DNA of 18,936 nt, taken from positions 1 to 18,936 of the forward strand of contig JAMOPY010000010.1 in the NCBI GenBank assembly GCA_027064305.1. The letters are read 5' to 3'. The DNA comes from Methanobacteriota archaeon (lineage in GTDB: Archaea; JAADCQ01; Methanopyri; Methanopyrales; Methanopyraceae). This document shows, piece after piece, positions 16,658 to 18,936 of this stretch. The first letter of the stretch is position 1; every line of letters begins with the position of its first letter. The translations under genes were made by a program, and so were the position numbers. The notes below the pieces were generated by a model. It was given only the letters and a program-made list of their open reading frames with translations. It searched no databases and had not been told where the DNA came from.

Positions 16658-16820
16658 AACCGCCCGGCCAAAAACCCACCCACCGCACCGCCGCGCGGCC
16701 AGCGGGCCGAACGCTGCCCCCTCCTTTCAACGCACCCAGAACGGCCTTCAGGGTCGGAAAACCACGGCCCCTCTCCCCCTACTTCCCTCCGGGATCACCG
16801 CCCGGCTCCGAGCGTGGATA

Positions 16821-16942
16821 GCCTCCTCTCATTGTAATCGCGGGAGATCGAGGACTGCAGGACCGAGACTCAGGGTGACCGAGTGGGTGAACTCGCCTCC
16901 GTCCTCCGACCCCTACTCCTACTGATTACAATGGGAGAAGGC
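16821..16942. repeat. 19-bp imperfect inverted repeat bounding a 122-bp hairpin-forming element
   Basis: GCCTCCTCTCATTGTAATC (16821-16839) versus GATTACAATGGGAGAAGGC (16924-16942), 17/19 complementary; inner pairing GAGGAC (16850-16855)/GTCCTC (16901-16906). Confidence 0.75.
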
Positions 16943-17056
16943 CGAGATGATCGTGACCGTGCAGGCGGAGTACCGGTACCAGGAGTCCCAGGACCACGTA
17001 GCCGGGAGGCTCGAGTTTCCCAACCTCCCTGCCGCCGAGCCCGTCGAGTCAGAACG

Positions 17057-17086
17057 TTTTTAAGCTCCGGGGTGATTACAATAATG
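17057..17086 (+). promoter_or_regulatory. TATA-like TTTTTAAG followed by a third GATTACAAT motif, upstream of the DUF1678-like gene
   Basis: TTTTTAAG at 17057-17064 and GATTACAAT at 17074-17082. Confidence 0.5.
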
Positions 17087-17114
17087 TGGGCGGGCCCTTG
17101 GGGGTGCCGGGGTC

Positions 17115-17711
17115 GTGACCTGGGAGGGCGTGCCCATCCCCCAGGACCCGGTCGAGCGTATCCGCGTCCTGCGCGTGCTTCGGGAGGTTTACCGCCGCGA
17201 GGTCAAGCCCGAGCTGAAGGAAACGTACCGGCGGGTTGGCGGTCGGACCTACGGGCCGTATTACGTGGCCTACCTCAAGCGCGTGCGGAGCAAGGGGTTC
17301 GACCTGCCCCGGGTTTTCTACCTGGGGAAGGAGAACGAGAGCGTGAGCTTCGTCCGCTGGCTCGAGGAGCGGTCCGAGGGGTTCGTACTGCGGCTCGCTC
17401 GATTGGCCGTTCGGCACCTCCGGGCCGCGCTGGAGAGGCTGGTCGAGGAAGCGTCGGGCGGTGAGGTGAGTCATAAGCGGGTGGCTCGGGTGCTCTCGCT
17501 CGCGTTCGAGCTGCGGCCCTCGGGCTCGGCCAAGCTCAAGAGGTTGTTGGAGAAGGCGCCCGGGTTTGCTCGGTCCGTGCTGGGTCCGTGGCCGGCGTGG
17601 TTCGCGGATCGGGTGCTTCGGAGGCTCCTCCTGCATCGGACTCGGGACGGGGAGTGGGTGCGGGACGTGCTCTGGGAGCTGGAGCGGTGGCGGCTCCGGC
17701 ACGGGGAGTAG
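17115..17711 (+). CDS. DUF1678-like protein (Methanopyrus-expanded family); basic, putative nucleic-acid binding
   Basis: DPVERIRVLRVLREVYRR...TYGPYYVA...FYLGKENESVSFV matches my recollection of that family; GGGGGTG RBS upstream. Confidence 0.7.
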   Translation: MTWEGVPIPQDPVERIRVLRVLREVYRREVKPELKETYRRVGGRTYGPYYVAYLKRVRSKGFDLPRVFYLGKENESVSFVRWLEERSEGFVLRLARLAVRHLRAALERLVEEASGGEVSHKRVARVLSLAFELRPSGSAKLKRLLEKAPGFARSVLGPWPAWFADRVLRRLLLHRTRDGEWVRDVLWELERWRLRHGE

Positions 17712-17767
17712 TGCGTCCGTAACGGGTTGATCGAATCGCATGCCCCTCCGGGCAGGTACGACGGTCC

Positions 17768-18016
17768 GTGCGAGCAAGAGGTGGTTGGCCTTACGGTCGA
17801 AGGGTGATCAAAGGGAAGCGCCCACCCTTCCTCGATCATCACCGCCAATGCCGGGACGGGAGGAGGTACGGTCTCTATCACCGACTTCGACCCCTACCTC
17901 GGCAAGGGTTGGCGGAGCTCAGTGAGGAGGCGCAGCGCCTTCGGGACGAGTTGAAAAGGCTGGGAAGTGCTGGAAGAGCCCGCCGACTGGATAGGGATGT
18001 TTCGAGGAAGGCTTGA
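17768..18016 (+). pseudogene. Possible decayed ORF with remnants of a G.Y...YLGK motif
   Basis: RQCRDGRRYGLY in one frame, PYLGK in another, then a coiled-coil-like LAELSEEAQRLRDELKRLG. Confidence 0.3.
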
Positions 18017-18206
18017 GACCGAGAGCACACTCCGTAAGTCCCGAGGACCCTGAGACCGTGAAACCAACGCCTCGCGCGTTAGGGCCGGCCTTGCCGGCTC
18101 GAGGACTTTCCTCTTGGGCCGCCAACCGCTCCACGAACCACACCGGATTCGCCCTCCACGGGTGAATCAGACGCGGGTGCGGTGCCTACGGGAGCGCTTG
18201 AGGTAA

Positions 18207-18849
18207 GCCGCGCGGTGCGACCTCGACGGAGTTGGTGGTGAGGTCGAGGAAGGTGTGGAACCAGTCCACGAGGCGCTGGTTCTTGCCGACTTCTTCCCGC
18301 CCCCGTTCCCTGACTTTGAGACCGCGAAGGAGAGGCCGATGAAAAACCCAATGTTCCAGGCGGCGGTACGGCTAGCGTACTGGGTCGCCACAAACATCCC
18401 GTACTTGTTGGTACAACTGGCCGTGGACTAATTACGGCGACCGCATCAGCTGCTGTTACTACGAGGGCCCGGCGGCAGTACTCTTGCGCCCAACTCACGG
18501 CTGGAACTGCGTAGACCACGCCGTGCTTACGGTGGCGCTGTATCGAGCCGCAGGGCTTCCAGGGTACGTGGTCGGTGAGTGGTTGGGAGGCGAGGCGCAC
18601 TCCTGGACGGCGGTATTCGTGCACGACCCGGACAGCGGGAAATGGCACGAAATCTTCATCGACCCGACCAGCCCGTTCAACCACGGCATTCAGCCGAGGA
18701 TCTGGGGATACTACCACTACGACTACGCCTGAACTGTGAACACAGCCCCGGGCGACGATGACGAGGTGAAGGAGTACAGGCCCAGACCAGTGGGCGTAGC
18801 GGTGGCGGCTGTGGCTTTGACACTGCTGGCCCGACGCCCCTCCTCTTAA
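18207..18849 (+). pseudogene. Disrupted transglutaminase-like (Cys-His-Asp) protein with C-terminal membrane anchor
   Basis: NCVDHA..LYRAAGLP..HSW..IDPT triad. The upstream segment QAAVRLAYWVATNIPY is in another frame (shift near 18405). An in-frame TGA at 18730-18732 is followed by ...RPVGVAVAAVALTLLARRPSS* ending at 18849. Confidence 0.7.
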
Positions 18850-18880
18850 CCTCTAACACCTTTTTCGGGGGGACGCGCTC

Positions 18881-18936
18881 TTGCTGCTGGTGCTGGTCGC
18901 GTTGTTCGCGCTGGTCCAGCCCGCTGGAGCGCTGAC
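18881..18936 (+). CDS. 5' start of a probable secreted protein (partial, runs off the window)
   Basis: GGGGGG RBS, then TTG: MLLVLVALFALVQPAGAL..., a hydrophobic core ending in an AxA signal-peptidase-like site. Confidence 0.55.
   Translation, partial: MLLVLVALFALVQPAGAL

Noticed and set aside
16947-17063. 38-codon ORF MIVTVQAEYRY...SERF
   Set aside because: Short, no recognisable motif, and it ends in the TATA-like box; cannot be supported without expression data.
18758-18835. ATGACGA C-box-like motif
   Set aside because: No well-placed D'/C' boxes; better explained as Asp-Asp-Glu codons of the pseudogene tail.
16660-18936. CRISPR array or transposase in the accessory tail
   Set aside because: No regularly spaced direct repeats and no DDE, HUH or tyrosine-recombinase motifs seen.

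Overview
A GC-rich, gene-dense archaeal window. Gene content, acidic proteins, TTG/GTG starts and G-rich ribosome-binding sites suggest a hyperthermophilic methanogen of the Methanopyrus type (inference). Core part, 1-16660: 3' end of a DUF1611-like gene, M20 hydrolase, rpoK-ferredoxin-rps2-ASCH, APC permease, NusB-domain RsmB/NOP m5C methyltransferase, three tandem candidate C/D box guide sRNAs, a minus-strand MFS-CDF-cbiA/cfbB-MBL operon, a minus-strand GTPase-dUTPase-MBL operon, GMC-type flavoprotein, AEC transporter and OsmC-like protein. Accessory-looking tail, 16660-18936: a long inverted repeat, a DUF1678-like gene, a possible decayed paralog, a disrupted membrane-anchored transglutaminase-like gene and the start of a secreted protein. 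The two most notable items are (1) a 744-aa EF-G/EF-2-like translational GTPase fused to a YqgF/Tex-type RNase H-fold domain and (2) the C/D sRNA cluster, in which one guide matches the 16S rRNA 530-loop region and two units look like circular permutations of each other. All family calls come from motifs recognised by eye; no searches were run.
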